A stretch of DNA of 64,000 bases from Candidatus Latescibacterota bacterium. Its GTDB lineage: Bacteria > Latescibacterota > UBA2968 > SICM01. The notes under the pieces were generated by a model that did no database searches, had not been told where the DNA came from, and saw only the letters and a program-made list of their open reading frames with translations. The position numbers and the translations under genes are program-made. Positions 37,891-49,065 of the stretch are shown piece after piece. Numbering within the stretch: the stretch's first letter is position 1; every line of letters begins with the position of its first letter. The stretch is from positions 4,640,001 to 4,704,000 of the forward strand of contig CBDCJO010000002.1 in NCBI GenBank assembly GCA_965217865.1, written 5' to 3'.

Positions 37891-38898
37891 ATGGGCAGAC
37901 ACGACATTATGACGACGATGGTCGGAAGCTATCCGGTTCCAGAGTGGTTGAAGGCCTATCCGTCGATGCAGAACCTGATCGACGCGACGATGGTCGTGTT
38001 CAAAACCCAGGAGCAGAGGGGGCTGGATGTGGTGTCCGACGGGGAGCTCGACCGCTTCGATCTGAATCACCCCGAGACGAACGGGATGATCGATTATTTT
38101 ATCCGTCCTATGTCCGGTATCACGGTCGAAGTCAGCAGGGAGACCCTCAACGAATTCAAACGGGATTCGGGACTTGAATATCGGATCGAGCCGGCCGGCG
38201 TGGTGGAAGGACCGATCGGAGAGGGAACACTCAACCTCCCGAAGGCCTATAACCTTGTTCGGGGATTGACCGGGGCCAGGCTCAAGTTCACGGTGACCGG
38301 ACCCCATATGCTAAGCAAGGTCCTGATGGATCGGTACTATCACGACCGATCGAGGCTGGCCGATGCCATCGCGGATGTGCTTTCCGATCAGGTCGCGGAG
38401 ATCGATGCGGAGGTGGTCCAGCTGGATGAGGCAAATATCCCGGGTTACCCGGAAGAGGGACCTTGGGCCGCCAAAGCGATCAACCGGGTTCTGGACGCTG
38501 TGAAGGGTGAGAAAGCCGTCCACGTCTGCTTCGGAAACTACGGCGGACAGACGGTTCAAAAAGGGGGGTGGGAAGCGCTAGTTCCGTTCCTTTCAGAGCT
38601 TCGAGCCGACCATCTGGTTCTCGAATTCAAACGAAGGGGCATCGAACAGGCCGCATGTCTGAAGGAATTGCCGGAACAGTTGGGCATCGGTCTGGGCGTC
38701 ATCGACATCAAGGACAACAGGATCGAGAGTCCGGATGAAATCGCGGGCGATATCGAAAAGGCGGAAAAGATCCTGGGAAAAGGCCGCATCAAGTACATCC
38801 ATCCCGATTGCGGGTTCTGGATGCTCCAGCGGAGCGTTGCCGACCGGAAAATGCGTGCCCTTGTACAGGGCCGGGATCTCTTCGAAGGCCGAAGTTGA
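37891..38898 (+). CDS. Cobalamin-independent methionine synthase II family protein (single domain)
   Basis: VGSYP, VSDGE, QLDE, HVCFGN, PDCG. Confidence 0.85.
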   Translation: MGRHDIMTTMVGSYPVPEWLKAYPSMQNLIDATMVVFKTQEQRGLDVVSDGELDRFDLNHPETNGMIDYFIRPMSGITVEVSRETLNEFKRDSGLEYRIEPAGVVEGPIGEGTLNLPKAYNLVRGLTGARLKFTVTGPHMLSKVLMDRYYHDRSRLADAIADVLSDQVAEIDAEVVQLDEANIPGYPEEGPWAAKAINRVLDAVKGEKAVHVCFGNYGGQTVQKGGWEALVPFLSELRADHLVLEFKRRGIEQAACLKELPEQLGIGLGVIDIKDNRIESPDEIAGDIEKAEKILGKGRIKYIHPDCGFWMLQRSVADRKMRALVQGRDLFEGRS

Positions 38899-38914
38899 AA
38901 ATTTTCAGGGATAC

Positions 38915-39235
38915 GTGGTCAACGTGAAGGACTTTATCAAGGTGGCCGATGTCGATGAAATCCCTCCGGGCACTGGTAAGGTCGTGACGATACTGGGTCG
39001 GGAGGTCGGACTATTCAACCTTGAGGGGCAGTTTCGCGCCATCGACAACGTGTGTCCGCACACCTACCGGCCGATCGGGGTTGTGGACTTTGATGGGAAG
39101 ATCGTGACCTGTCTCTGGCACGGGCTTAGTTTCGACGTCGAGGACGGTCGGTGTCTCCAGACGACGGAATACTGTGTGGACACCTATCCCGTTCGGGTGG
39201 AAGACGGACAGGTCATGGTGTCCCTTGGCCGCTGA
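38915..39235 (+). CDS. Rieske (2Fe-2S) ferredoxin
   Basis: NVCPH...CLWHG..FD. Confidence 0.88.
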   Translation: MVNVKDFIKVADVDEIPPGTGKVVTILGREVGLFNLEGQFRAIDNVCPHTYRPIGVVDFDGKIVTCLWHGLSFDVEDGRCLQTTEYCVDTYPVRVEDGQVMVSLGR

Positions 39236-39236
39236 G

Positions 39237-39635
39237 ATGGAGACGGTCCGATTGTCCGAGGAGGATGCCTTCTCCCTTCGAGAAGGCATCCGCGAATTTA
39301 ACGAAGGCTATTATTTCGAGGCGCACGATACGCTTGAGGAGGCCTGGCACGGTATTCGGGGTCCCCACCGTGCTTTTTACCACGGTTTAATTCAGATGGC
39401 GACCGGATTCTACCACCTGACCGGGAACAACCTCAAGGGGGCCGAAAGCCAGCTCTCACTGGGTTTAAAAAAGCTCTCCCCGTTTCTTCCCTTCTACCTG
39501 GGGGTTGAAGTCGCCAGACTCGATGAACAGGTGAGGAAGATTCTGAATCACGTTCGGGCGGCACGGTCGGGCCGTATGAGCGGGATTGAAACAGGTCGCC
39601 TTCCTTGCATCCGATTTCGGGAGAAAGATAGCTGA
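39237..39635 (+). CDS. DUF309 domain protein
   Basis: GIREFNEGYYFEAHDTLEEAW...GLIQ. Confidence 0.85.
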   Translation: METVRLSEEDAFSLREGIREFNEGYYFEAHDTLEEAWHGIRGPHRAFYHGLIQMATGFYHLTGNNLKGAESQLSLGLKKLSPFLPFYLGVEVARLDEQVRKILNHVRAARSGRMSGIETGRLPCIRFREKDS

Positions 39636-39755
39636 AGGTGAAAGGAATTCTTTCAATTGACTCAGGAATTCGAGCGGCTGAATTGATGTGATTTGGGAGG
39701 GATGAGACGGGGTGAGCCAAGTCCTCCCCTTCAATCATTTCAGGAGAGGTATCAG

Positions 39756-41024
39756 ATGAGACTTTATCGAGGCACCGTAATCGGCATCGGGTGTGTTGTT
39801 CTTCTGGGCATGTCGCCGAGCACCAGTTCGGGGGGGTCCGAGGATCGCATGCCTGGCAAGGAGGAAAAAGTCACCAAGGGTGACGCCAAGGTGGCCCTCC
39901 GCTCCGCAAGGCTCTACGTCAGACAGAAGCTCTACAAAAGGGCCATCGAGATGCTCGAGATCGCGATCAAGGGAGATCCGAAAAACCCGGCTCCTCATTT
40001 CATGATCGGCGAGATATATGCTGGTATGGACAAAATCGATCTGATGAATTATCACTTCGACCAGGTGATCAGGCTCAACCCCAAAAAATATGGAGAAAAG
40101 GTTAATCATCAGAAGAAGCAGGTGTTTGTCCAGCATTACAACATGGGCCTCCGGGCGATTGAAAAGAAGCGGACCGACCTGGGGATCGAAGAATTATTGA
40201 TTGCGACAAAGATCGATTCCACGAATGTGGACGTCCACAGGACTATGGGATTCGCATACAGTCAGTCGGGTGAGGAGGAAAAGGGGATCGCATCCTTTGA
40301 GAAGGCCGTGGCGCTGGACCCGGGTGACATCCAGACCATTGTAAACCTGGGGATTTCCTACCAGAAACTCGGGAAGTCGAAGGAGGCTCTGGCGTCGTTC
40401 CAGAAGGCGGAGAAAATCGATCCCACAAACATAAACATCGTCACAAACCTGGTTGTCGCTTATCAGAACCTTTCCAGAACAACAACCGACAGCCTGAAGG
40501 CGATCGCGTATAAGGACAGTGTCATGGCGGTGTGCGACCGCGCGATATCGATCGATCCCGACAATCCCCAGCTGGCTGTCACCGCCGGACAGCTCCACCT
40601 GACACGGGCGTTGAGTCTCCAGGGTGCGGAAAAAAAGGATGAGGCTCAGGAATATTTTACGAGCGCGACGAGGCTTCTCGAGATCGCGGTCAAGAACGAT
40701 CCGAATGACGAGTCGTCCGCTTTCAATCTTGCACACTGCTACAATGAATTGGGCAAGCCAAAAAAGGCCATATCGATGTGGCAAAAGGCGGCCGAGATAG
40801 ATCCAACTGATGTCGATACGTGGATGCAGCTCGCTTTCGCCCAGCTCAGGCAGGAGGACACGGACGCGGCGCTTAAGTCATTTCTGAAGATCATCGAGGT
40901 GGATCCCAAAAACGTCCGGGCCCATCAATTTCTATCGAGGCTCTATGCCCAAAGGGACGATGTGGCGAAGGCCAAGGAGTTCTACAACAAGGCCGAGGCA
41001 TTGAAGAGCGGGGGAACGGACTGA
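39756..41024 (+). CDS. Exported tetratricopeptide repeat protein
   Basis: Signal-like N-terminus; many A..F.KA...DP repeats; AGGAG RBS. Confidence 0.88.
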   Translation: MRLYRGTVIGIGCVVLLGMSPSTSSGGSEDRMPGKEEKVTKGDAKVALRSARLYVRQKLYKRAIEMLEIAIKGDPKNPAPHFMIGEIYAGMDKIDLMNYHFDQVIRLNPKKYGEKVNHQKKQVFVQHYNMGLRAIEKKRTDLGIEELLIATKIDSTNVDVHRTMGFAYSQSGEEEKGIASFEKAVALDPGDIQTIVNLGISYQKLGKSKEALASFQKAEKIDPTNINIVTNLVVAYQNLSRTTTDSLKAIAYKDSVMAVCDRAISIDPDNPQLAVTAGQLHLTRALSLQGAEKKDEAQEYFTSATRLLEIAVKNDPNDESSAFNLAHCYNELGKPKKAISMWQKAAEIDPTDVDTWMQLAFAQLRQEDTDAALKSFLKIIEVDPKNVRAHQFLSRLYAQRDDVAKAKEFYNKAEALKSGGTD

Positions 41025-41115
41025 AATGAAATGCGCTTTACGGAGTCTGGAGTCTATCTCCTTCTTAAAAAAGCAAGGTGGACGGACCTTCAGATCTCCT
41101 ATTCCTGCACGGATG

Positions 41116-41147
41116 AAAAGACGAGAGGCGGTTCCTTTCGTCTTTTT
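41116..41147 (+). terminator. Probable intrinsic terminator
   Basis: AAAAGACGA...TCGTCTTTTT hairpin downstream of the TPR gene. Confidence 0.55.
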
Positions 41148-41215
41148 GCATTTAGCGTTTGTTAATGGGCTGTATCTGGCTGAACGTCACGCTGTTTGTT
41201 GAGGATATCTGGATT

Positions 41216-44200
41216 ATGGATAAGCGGTTTACCCAGGAATCGGGGATCGGGATCTTCACCGGGAATGAGATGATTGTAAAGGGGGGGCTGGAGGGACGTG
41301 TGGGGCTGATCACCGGATACCCCGGCTCTCCGGTTGCGGAGGTCTGGGACGCTGCAGGTAGGATTCGGGAGTTGCTGGGGGATCGCGGCATCGTCGTCCA
41401 GATCGCCAACAATGAAGCGCTAGGGGCCGCACGCCTGAATGGAGCGCAGATGGAGCGCATCAGAGCGATGGCGGTCATGAAAAGCGTGGGGGCCCACGTT
41501 GCATCGGACGGTCTTGCAATCGGGAACATGGCGGGAACCGGACCCGGCGGGGCCGCTTTGGCCGTGTTTGGGGACGACACGTGGTCGGAGGGGACCCAGG
41601 TCCCTGCGGATTCTCGGTTTATCTCAAAACATCTCTACATGCCGGTTGTTGAGCCGAGCACTTTCCAGGAGGTCAAGGACTGGATCGAAGTGGCTTTCGA
41701 CCTTTCGGAAAAGACCCGACTTTACGTCGCCTACCTTGTGACTTCCAACCAGGCCGACGGGGGAGGGACGGTGGAGGTCAGGCCGAACCAGTATCCCGAG
41801 GTGACGTTTAAAAACCCCCAAACCCTCGACAGCCGGACCATTCCCGTGGATGACCGGGTGGTGATTCCCCCTCACACGGCGGTCAAAGAGGACGAGGTGC
41901 TTCGAGAGCGGCTCCCGTCTTTCCTGGTCAACGCCAGGGTTTATGGCCTGAATCGAATCCTGTACCCCCCGGAATCCGGCGTGAAGCGGATCGGGTTTGC
42001 GACGAGCAGTCTGGCTTATTCTTATCTGGAACATGCCCTTGAACTGCTGGGCGTGCAGGGAAAGATTCCGATTTTGAAGTTTGGGATCACCTATCCCATA
42101 GATCGGGAGATCCTGCGGGCGTTTTCGGCGCAGGTGGATCGGATCTTTGTCGTGGAAGAGAAGCGCCCGTTTCTTGAAGAACAGGTGAGGGCGGCGCTCC
42201 AGGAGATGCGCCAGTCCGGAGAGGTGGGCCCCTTCGAGGTGTGGGGAAAGAGATTCCCGGATGGATGTCAGGGGTTCCCCGAGAGCAAGGGGATGAACCC
42301 CTCGATCGTCCTCCAGACACTGGCCCCCCTGATATCGGAGCTCGACGATTCCACCGTGCCGGTGGATCGAGAACGGATCTCCCGCGAGGTCGCACTGATC
42401 GAGGCAACTGAGCGATACGACCTTCGGGCAACCACCCGAACCCCTTCGTTCTGCCCGGGTTGTCCTCACCGGGATTCGGCAAGCGTGTTGAAGCGAGTCG
42501 TCACAGATCTGATGGACGAGTCGTATACTCGCAAGCACCACGGGCATGAGGCGATGGACGTCATTTTTCACGGGGATATCGGGTGCTACTCCCTTCTGAA
42601 ATACGAACCGTTCGATCGCCTGATGCACAATCTCTCGGGCATGGGACTCGGGGGCGGAACCGGGGCGGGGATCGACCCCTTCATCACAAACAAACAGGTG
42701 GTGTTCATGGGAGACTCCACGTTCTTCCACACCGGTATGGGGGCCATCTCAGACTCGATCAAGAACAGACAGGATATCACCTATGTGATTTTGGACAATA
42801 AGACGACCGCGATGACAGGACACCAACCGACCCCGGGCGTGGGCGTGGATATTATGGGAAAAGCCACTTTCTCGCAGGACATAGAGCGCGTTGTGCGGGG
42901 AATGGCCGGGGGGGAATCGCAAGAAGGGGCATTTGTCGCCCGGATGAATCCCGCGGATCGCCAGGGATATCGAAAGGTGGTGGAGGATGCGATCTTGAAA
43001 GACGGGGTCAAGGTCATCATCGCCGATAAGGAGTGCGGCATCACCTATCATCGGAGGGTGGGAGCGGAGCGCCGTCGGGTGGCAGCGGAAAAGGGTTTTC
43101 TCCCGGAGGAGCGGCACATCAACATCACGCCCGAGGTGTGCGAGTATTGCCTGGAATGCACCCGGGCGACGGGCTGCAGCGGTTTGACTGTCGAGGAGAC
43201 GCTCTACGGGCCAAAGATCGCCACGGACCTGTCTCTGTGCGTTGCGGACGGGGCGTGTGCCAAAGTGACGGTTGCGCACGGGGACAAGACGTGCCCGTCG
43301 TTCGAGGAGGTCATCGTTCGGCGCACGCGTCCTCCGGAAGTCCGGACGGAAGAGATCGCACTCCGGGACATCCCTGAGCCCGAGATTCGATCTTTCGACG
43401 GGACATGGTACGCTTATGTGGGGGGGGTCGGGGGGATGGGGGTCAATACGGTGTCGGCGATCATCGCGACGGCAGGTGCCAAGCAGGGTTATTCGGTCCA
43501 GTTTACGAATAAAAAAGGGCTGGCCATTCGAAACGGGTCTGTCTACTCACACGTTAGTTTCACCAGAGGCGATCGGGTGATTTCCCAGATAACCCCATAC
43601 GGACATGCGGATCTTCTACTGGGATTGGATATCCTGGAGGCTGTTCGGGGGATCGAACCGACCGGACACGGCAGGATCGCCAGCCCGGAACATACGGCCG
43701 CGGTCGTTGAAACGGGGAAAAGGCCGACGATCCTTACCCTTACGGGAAAGGATGATTTTGATCCCGCCCATCTGGAGACCCTCATCAAACGGCATACGGA
43801 CTCGGATCGCTATTTCGGGATGGATCTCGGGAAGATATCCGAGCGGTTTCTCGGGGATAAAATCTATGCGAACAGCATGCTCCTGGGTGCTGCATACCAG
43901 CGGGGGGCCCTGCCCCTGGAACTTGAGAATATCCGCTGGGCGATTGAACGAAATATCAAAAAAGACCTTGCGAGAAATCTGAAGGCATTCGATATGGGTC
44001 GTATGGCTGCGGAGAAGCCGCACGCCTTTGAAATTCAGGAAGCGGCTCCCGGATTCCAGGATGTGGTGGAGGACAAGCTGAGTCTCCTGGAGCGATCCGG
44101 GGGGAGCAGAGCAGTGGGAGCGTTTCAGGCATTCGTCGCCCAAGCGCGCGGGATGGAGCTTGAGGAAAGCGTGAAGATCGAGTTCGCTCTGGGGGTTTAC

Positions 44201-44830
44201 GATCTTATCCGATGGAAGGGCCCTGATTACGCCCGTTCATATGCGGATCGGGTTCGGAAGGTATACGACCTGGACACCCCCGAATTCCGTTACGCGGTTA
44301 CGGGGTCGGTTATCCGGTATCTGGCAAGAGTGATGGCGTATAAGGATGAAATCTATGTCGCTCAGCTGTTGACCAGCGAGGAGAAGCGGCGCAGGGATCG
44401 TAAGCGATATAACATCGATCCCGACCGCGGAGACAAAATTGCCTACGTGCATCTGACACGACCCCATTTCAAAATTCTCGGGATTGATGTGGTCTTCGAT
44501 CTCAACTCGCGCGATTGGATGTTGAGGATCCTTCGGCGGTTGAAAATTTTGCGGGCCCTTTTGCCGTCCTGGCATCAGGAAGAGAAGGAATACCGGGATT
44601 GGTATATCGGGCTTGTCGATGGATTCTCGTATGAAGATGAAAAACAGTATCGGACGTATTTACGCGTGCTGGGGCTTCCCGAGGGGGTCCGGGGATATCG
44701 GGAGGTGATCTGGGGTAAGATGAAGTCGGCCATGCGGATGGGGGCTTCGCTTCTGAACGGCGAAGCGCCGCGGGGGGATGAGGAATATTTGATGATCGAG
44801 CCGGCCGAAGAGAAAGTACAAAGGGCATGA
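41216..44830 (+). CDS. Indolepyruvate:ferredoxin oxidoreductase-type enzyme, fused alpha/beta subunits
   Basis: GYPGSP, FCPGCPH, GDIGC, GDSTFFH, TTAMTGHQ, Cys cluster, GVGGMGV, MAYKDE. Confidence 0.88.
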   Translation: MDKRFTQESGIGIFTGNEMIVKGGLEGRVGLITGYPGSPVAEVWDAAGRIRELLGDRGIVVQIANNEALGAARLNGAQMERIRAMAVMKSVGAHVASDGLAIGNMAGTGPGGAALAVFGDDTWSEGTQVPADSRFISKHLYMPVVEPSTFQEVKDWIEVAFDLSEKTRLYVAYLVTSNQADGGGTVEVRPNQYPEVTFKNPQTLDSRTIPVDDRVVIPPHTAVKEDEVLRERLPSFLVNARVYGLNRILYPPESGVKRIGFATSSLAYSYLEHALELLGVQGKIPILKFGITYPIDREILRAFSAQVDRIFVVEEKRPFLEEQVRAALQEMRQSGEVGPFEVWGKRFPDGCQGFPESKGMNPSIVLQTLAPLISELDDSTVPVDRERISREVALIEATERYDLRATTRTPSFCPGCPHRDSASVLKRVVTDLMDESYTRKHHGHEAMDVIFHGDIGCYSLLKYEPFDRLMHNLSGMGLGGGTGAGIDPFITNKQVVFMGDSTFFHTGMGAISDSIKNRQDITYVILDNKTTAMTGHQPTPGVGVDIMGKATFSQDIERVVRGMAGGESQEGAFVARMNPADRQGYRKVVEDAILKDGVKVIIADKECGITYHRRVGAERRRVAAEKGFLPEERHINITPEVCEYCLECTRATGCSGLTVEETLYGPKIATDLSLCVADGACAKVTVAHGDKTCPSFEEVIVRRTRPPEVRTEEIALRDIPEPEIRSFDGTWYAYVGGVGGMGVNTVSAIIATAGAKQGYSVQFTNKKGLAIRNGSVYSHVSFTRGDRVISQITPYGHADLLLGLDILEAVRGIEPTGHGRIASPEHTAAVVETGKRPTILTLTGKDDFDPAHLETLIKRHTDSDRYFGMDLGKISERFLGDKIYANSMLLGAAYQRGALPLELENIRWAIERNIKKDLARNLKAFDMGRMAAEKPHAFEIQEAAPGFQDVVEDKLSLLERSGGSRAVGAFQAFVAQARGMELEESVKIEFALGVYDLIRWKGPDYARSYADRVRKVYDLDTPEFRYAVTGSVIRYLARVMAYKDEIYVAQLLTSEEKRRRDRKRYNIDPDRGDKIAYVHLTRPHFKILGIDVVFDLNSRDWMLRILRRLKILRALLPSWHQEEKEYRDWYIGLVDGFSYEDEKQYRTYLRVLGLPEGVRGYREVIWGKMKSAMRMGASLLNGEAPRGDEEYLMIEPAEEKVQRA

Positions 44831-44837
44831 GGCGTCC

Positions 44838-45832
44838 ATGGTCAAAGTCGGACTGATCGGATGCGGCAGCATCGCGCAAAGGGATGGGAACGGGTCCAGG
44901 AAAAGGGTCTTGCGAGGGTGTCTGCCACGTGCGATGCGGAGGCGGTACGGTCGAAAGAGATGGCGGAGCAGTTAGGCTCCGCCGAGGCCTTCGATCGATG
45001 GGAGGCGTTGTTCGAGGAAGATCTGGATGCGGTGGATATCTGTTTGCCCCACCATTTGCATCGGGACGCGATTCTGGCTGCATCCGAAGCGGGTGCGCAC
45101 GTATTGATCGAGAAACCCCTCTGCCTTACGCTTCAAGAGGCCGGGGAGATCAGGAATGTCAGGAAAAGATCCGGGATTTCGATCATGTGTGCGCATAATC
45201 AGATTTTTCACCCGGCGGTGGTTCAAGCCAGAAAGGCGATCGAAGCGGGAAGGATCGGCCGGATATTTTCCGCCCGGACGCTTGACTGTTTTCACATTTC
45301 AAGGACCCAAGAAGAGTGGGGATGGCGGGCAAACCTTTCGACCGCTGGGGGAGGATGCCTGATCGACACGGGTTACCACCCCTCTTACCTTCTGCTTCAC
45401 CTGGTCGGGGAAAAGGCGGAATCCGTGTTCGCCATGAATTGTAATTTCGGCCAGCCTTTGATCGAAGGTGAGGATTCGGCCAACGTCCTCGTGAAATTCC
45501 AGTCAGGAGCCGTTGGAAACATCTTCACGAGCTGGGCGTGGGACCCACCTGGGGCGGGATGGCAGTTCGAGGTGACGGGCGAAAAGGGACAGGTTTACGG
45601 GCGGGGAACTCAGTTTTTTTTCAAGGCCCTCAAGTCAGAACCCGTGGAGGAGATCCTGGACGCTTCCAATGCCTTCGAGGCAGAGATCACCCATTTCGTC
45701 GAGTGCATCGAAAAGGATTCAAAGCCGCTGCAGACTGAAGAGGATGGGATCGAGGTGTTGAAGGTTATTTTGGCCGCATATAAGTCGGACCGGGAGGGAA
45801 GGGTCGTCACGCTTGACGGGGATGAGTCCTGA
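44838..45832 (+). pseudogene. Gfo/Idh/MocA oxidoreductase with a frameshift near 44875
   Basis: MVKVGLIGCGSIA (from ATG 44838) lies in a different frame from the body (ICLPHHLH, LIEKP, GGGCLIDTGYH). Confidence 0.75.
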
Positions 45833-45895
45833 TTCTCACCGGGCCGATTTTTTCAGTTCGATCGAAAATATGCATTCTGTGATTTTAACCCTGTC

Positions 45896-47302
45896 CTAGG
45901 GTTCCGTCGATGCGATGATCGGAAGGTTTGCAGCTTCCCATCCGGCCATCCCTCCCACGAGTTCCGAAACCCCTTCCACCTTTTCCCGTTCCAAAAGGCT
46001 CGCGGCAATCGAGGATCGATAGCCGCTTTCACAGTGGACGACCACCTCCCCCCCAAGAGGGTGCTCACGGATCGCATCCTGAAGGCGATTCAGGGGGATG
46101 TTTGTGCTTCCTTCGATCCTCCTGGACTCCCACTCCTTCCGGGTACGAACATCGATGACCACGGGGGCCTTTTCGGAGCGCAGTTTTGCCGCAAGGTTTA
46201 CCGGCGAGATCCGTTCGGTTCGTTTAACCAGCTCCGGATACGGCTCCAGTGCCTGCATTCCTCCCTCCAAATAGCCCGCCATATTGTCGAAACCGATTCG
46301 ACCCAACCGAACGCCGGCCTCCTCTTCGCGTCCCATTTCGGCGATGACCACAATCCCTTTATCCTGTTCCAGGATCGTACCCGCCCACGTTGCGTATTTT
46401 CCCCCCAGGCCGATGTTGATGCTGTCCGCAAGGTGTGCCCCCTCAAATTCCACGGGGTCCCGGACGTCAAGGAGCACGGCCCCTTCGTCTCTCATTCGAA
46501 GGACTTCCGACAGACCGAGAGGTTTTAAGTTTTTCCGGAGGGTCTGCTCGAGGGTAGGGCGTTCCTTCATGTTCAGAATGGCATCGTATTTAATGTACGA
46601 AGGGGCATCCGGCTGTTCGGCGGTCACGATCCGGATAAAGGCCTCTTTGCTCATCGGCTGGAGGGCATAGTTGTAATGACGTTGCGTTCCAATCGTTGAG
46701 AAAGTGTCCTCGCTCAGATTCTTGCCACACATAGAACCGGCCCCGTGCGCCGGATAAACCAGGGTCTCATCCGGAAGGCCCATGAGTTTCTGGTGAAGCG
46801 AATCGTAGAGCATGCCTCCGAGTTCGGTCGCTGACCAGCCGAGGGATGCCCTCAAGTCGGGCCGGCCGACGTCCCCGATAAAGAGTGTGTCACCCGTGAG
46901 GACCGCGTGGGGTTTGTGAGCGTCCCTTTTGAGGTCGTAAACCAAAATGGATATGGAATCGGGGGAATGCCCCGGTGTCTCGAGTATCTCAAGCCGGACC
47001 TCCCCAAACTCCAGCAGATCCCGATCTCTCATCGGGGTAAACTCGAATTCGGCCTTTGCCCCGGCTCCCAGATGAATCTTTGCGCCGAACCGGTCACGCA
47101 GTTCCAGGTGACCGGCGATAAAGTCCGCGTGGGAGTGGGTCAGGAAGACATGACAAATCTCGAGTCCCCGGCTCTCCGTATCTTTCAGGTACCGATCGAT
47201 ATCCCTCTGGGGATCGACAACCACGGCGGTCCGGGTTCCCTCGTCCGCGATGAGATACGAGGCATGGGCAAGGCAACCGAGATAATATTGCTCCAGGATC
47301 AT
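45896..47302 (-). CDS. MBL-fold persulfide dioxygenase-like protein fused to two rhodanese domains
   Basis: THSHADF, TPGHS, GDTLFIGDVGRPD, PAHGAGS, DVR, HCESGYRS. Confidence 0.9.
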   Translation of the reverse strand: MILEQYYLGCLAHASYLIADEGTRTAVVVDPQRDIDRYLKDTESRGLEICHVFLTHSHADFIAGHLELRDRFGAKIHLGAGAKAEFEFTPMRDRDLLEFGEVRLEILETPGHSPDSISILVYDLKRDAHKPHAVLTGDTLFIGDVGRPDLRASLGWSATELGGMLYDSLHQKLMGLPDETLVYPAHGAGSMCGKNLSEDTFSTIGTQRHYNYALQPMSKEAFIRIVTAEQPDAPSYIKYDAILNMKERPTLEQTLRKNLKPLGLSEVLRMRDEGAVLLDVRDPVEFEGAHLADSINIGLGGKYATWAGTILEQDKGIVVIAEMGREEEAGVRLGRIGFDNMAGYLEGGMQALEPYPELVKRTERISPVNLAAKLRSEKAPVVIDVRTRKEWESRRIEGSTNIPLNRLQDAIREHPLGGEVVVHCESGYRSSIAASLLEREKVEGVSELVGGMAGWEAANLPIIASTEP

Positions 47303-47505
47303 ACGGCCCTCCTTTTGGGTTGCTCCCCTATGACGTTGGAGCGCAATCGTCATAAATCTTATGATTTTATCCCACAAAAATCAAAGAGGATTTTCATAAG
47401 CATGAATTTTCAACCCGCGTCCGTGGTATGGTAATGAGGGCTTGACATCATTCGGGGGTTTTCTATTTTCAAACGTTCTGTGAATTAAGGAACGGTTAAC
47501 TTGCA

Positions 47506-49065
47506 GTGATCCTGGCACAGGATCAAAATACCGATATGATTCCAGAATCAAAAATCCCGAAGCGTCTCCGATTTCTTAAAAATCCTTTCCGCCGGCCTTT
47601 TTTATATATCAAACAACTGCGCAGTAACCCCGAATCCGCGACGTACCTCCTGCCGAGCTTCATCTATCTAAAGGCCATGGGGCTGGTCTATGGGATTGCG
47701 TTCGCCTCTTTCAAAGTCCAGGCACTGGGTCTCATCGGTTCGAGGGGCATCCTGCCGGTTTCGGACTATCTGGAAAGGGTCTACGTGGGGGCCGGGGCAA
47801 AGGGATTCCTGCTGGTACCGACGATATTCTGGCTTCATTCGGACGATTGGTTCATCGGGGCTGTCTGTTTTGCCGGGATCGCCGGGGCAATATGCCTGAT
47901 GCTCGGCGTGGCTCCGAGGCCGATGCTCATCGCTCTATTTGTTCTTTACCTCTCACTCGTGACGGGGGGCCAGAGGTTCACGGCATTCCAGTGGGATGCC
48001 CTTCTCCTGGAGGCGGGATTTCTCGCTATATTTCTATGCCGATCGTCGAAGATATCGATTACCCTGTCCCGGTGGCTCCTCTTCAGGCTGATGTTTCTCT
48101 CCGGGATTGTGAAACTCCTCTCCGGCGATGCGTCCTGGCGAGGACTCACCGCTCTCACCTATCACTATGAAACCCAACCGCTTCCGACTGTGGTGGCGTG
48201 GTACGCCCATCAACTGCCCCTGTGGTTTCATAAAATCTCCGCCTTGTGGATGTTCATTACCGAGCTCATCGTGCCATTCTTTATTTTCGGGGGACGACGT
48301 CTCAAAATGTTTGCCGGGGGGGCGATTGTTTTTCTTCAACTCCTCATTATGCTCACGGGAAATTACACCTTTTTCAACCTCCTCGCAATCGCGCTCTGTG
48401 TGTTCTTGTACGACGACGACTTCTTGAGGTCCGGGCCGATCCGATCGCTTTTTGAGCGGATACAAAAAGGGACGGCCCCCCCTGCTTCTGAAGGTGTGTT
48501 TAAAAAAAGATTGATTCCGGTCGTCGCTCCGGTTATCGTCGCACTCAGTCTGGCTCATATGTGGCAATCCATCTTTCGCACTTCACCCCTGCCGCAGACC
48601 GTGCAGGCTGTCCTTGGAGCCTTTGCCCCGTTTCGGATTGTCAATTCATACGGACTTTTCGCCGTTATGACGACGGTCCGTCCTGAGATTATGGTTGAAG
48701 GATCCCGGGACGGAGAGAAGTGGTCACCTTATGATTTCAGGTACAAACCGGACGAACTTCAGGGATGTCCCCGATGGGTCGCGCCGCACCAGCCCAGGCT
48801 GGATTGGCAGATGTGGTTTGCTGCGTTGAGAACCTATCAAGGCACTCCCTGGTTTGTGAATTTCGTGGGGCGACTCCTTGAAGGCTCGCCCGAAGTCCTG
48901 GGGCTTCTGAAAAACAATCCATTCCCGGATGCTCCGCCAAAATTCATTAGGGCCAGGCTTTATCGTTATGGCTTTACAACCCCAACCGGAGGCACCGGGG
49001 AAACCTGGTGGAAACGGGCGGACATGGGGTTCTACCTTCCCTCCGTAACGCTCACCCCCCCTTAG
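47506..49065 (+). CDS. Lipase maturation factor family membrane protein
   Basis: FQWDALLLEAGF, HYETQPLP, GNYTFFN, APHQPRLDWQMWF. Confidence 0.9.
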   Translation: MILAQDQNTDMIPESKIPKRLRFLKNPFRRPFLYIKQLRSNPESATYLLPSFIYLKAMGLVYGIAFASFKVQALGLIGSRGILPVSDYLERVYVGAGAKGFLLVPTIFWLHSDDWFIGAVCFAGIAGAICLMLGVAPRPMLIALFVLYLSLVTGGQRFTAFQWDALLLEAGFLAIFLCRSSKISITLSRWLLFRLMFLSGIVKLLSGDASWRGLTALTYHYETQPLPTVVAWYAHQLPLWFHKISALWMFITELIVPFFIFGGRRLKMFAGGAIVFLQLLIMLTGNYTFFNLLAIALCVFLYDDDFLRSGPIRSLFERIQKGTAPPASEGVFKKRLIPVVAPVIVALSLAHMWQSIFRTSPLPQTVQAVLGAFAPFRIVNSYGLFAVMTTVRPEIMVEGSRDGEKWSPYDFRYKPDELQGCPRWVAPHQPRLDWQMWFAALRTYQGTPWFVNFVGRLLEGSPEVLGLLKNNPFPDAPPKFIRARLYRYGFTTPTGGTGETWWKRADMGFYLPSVTLTPP

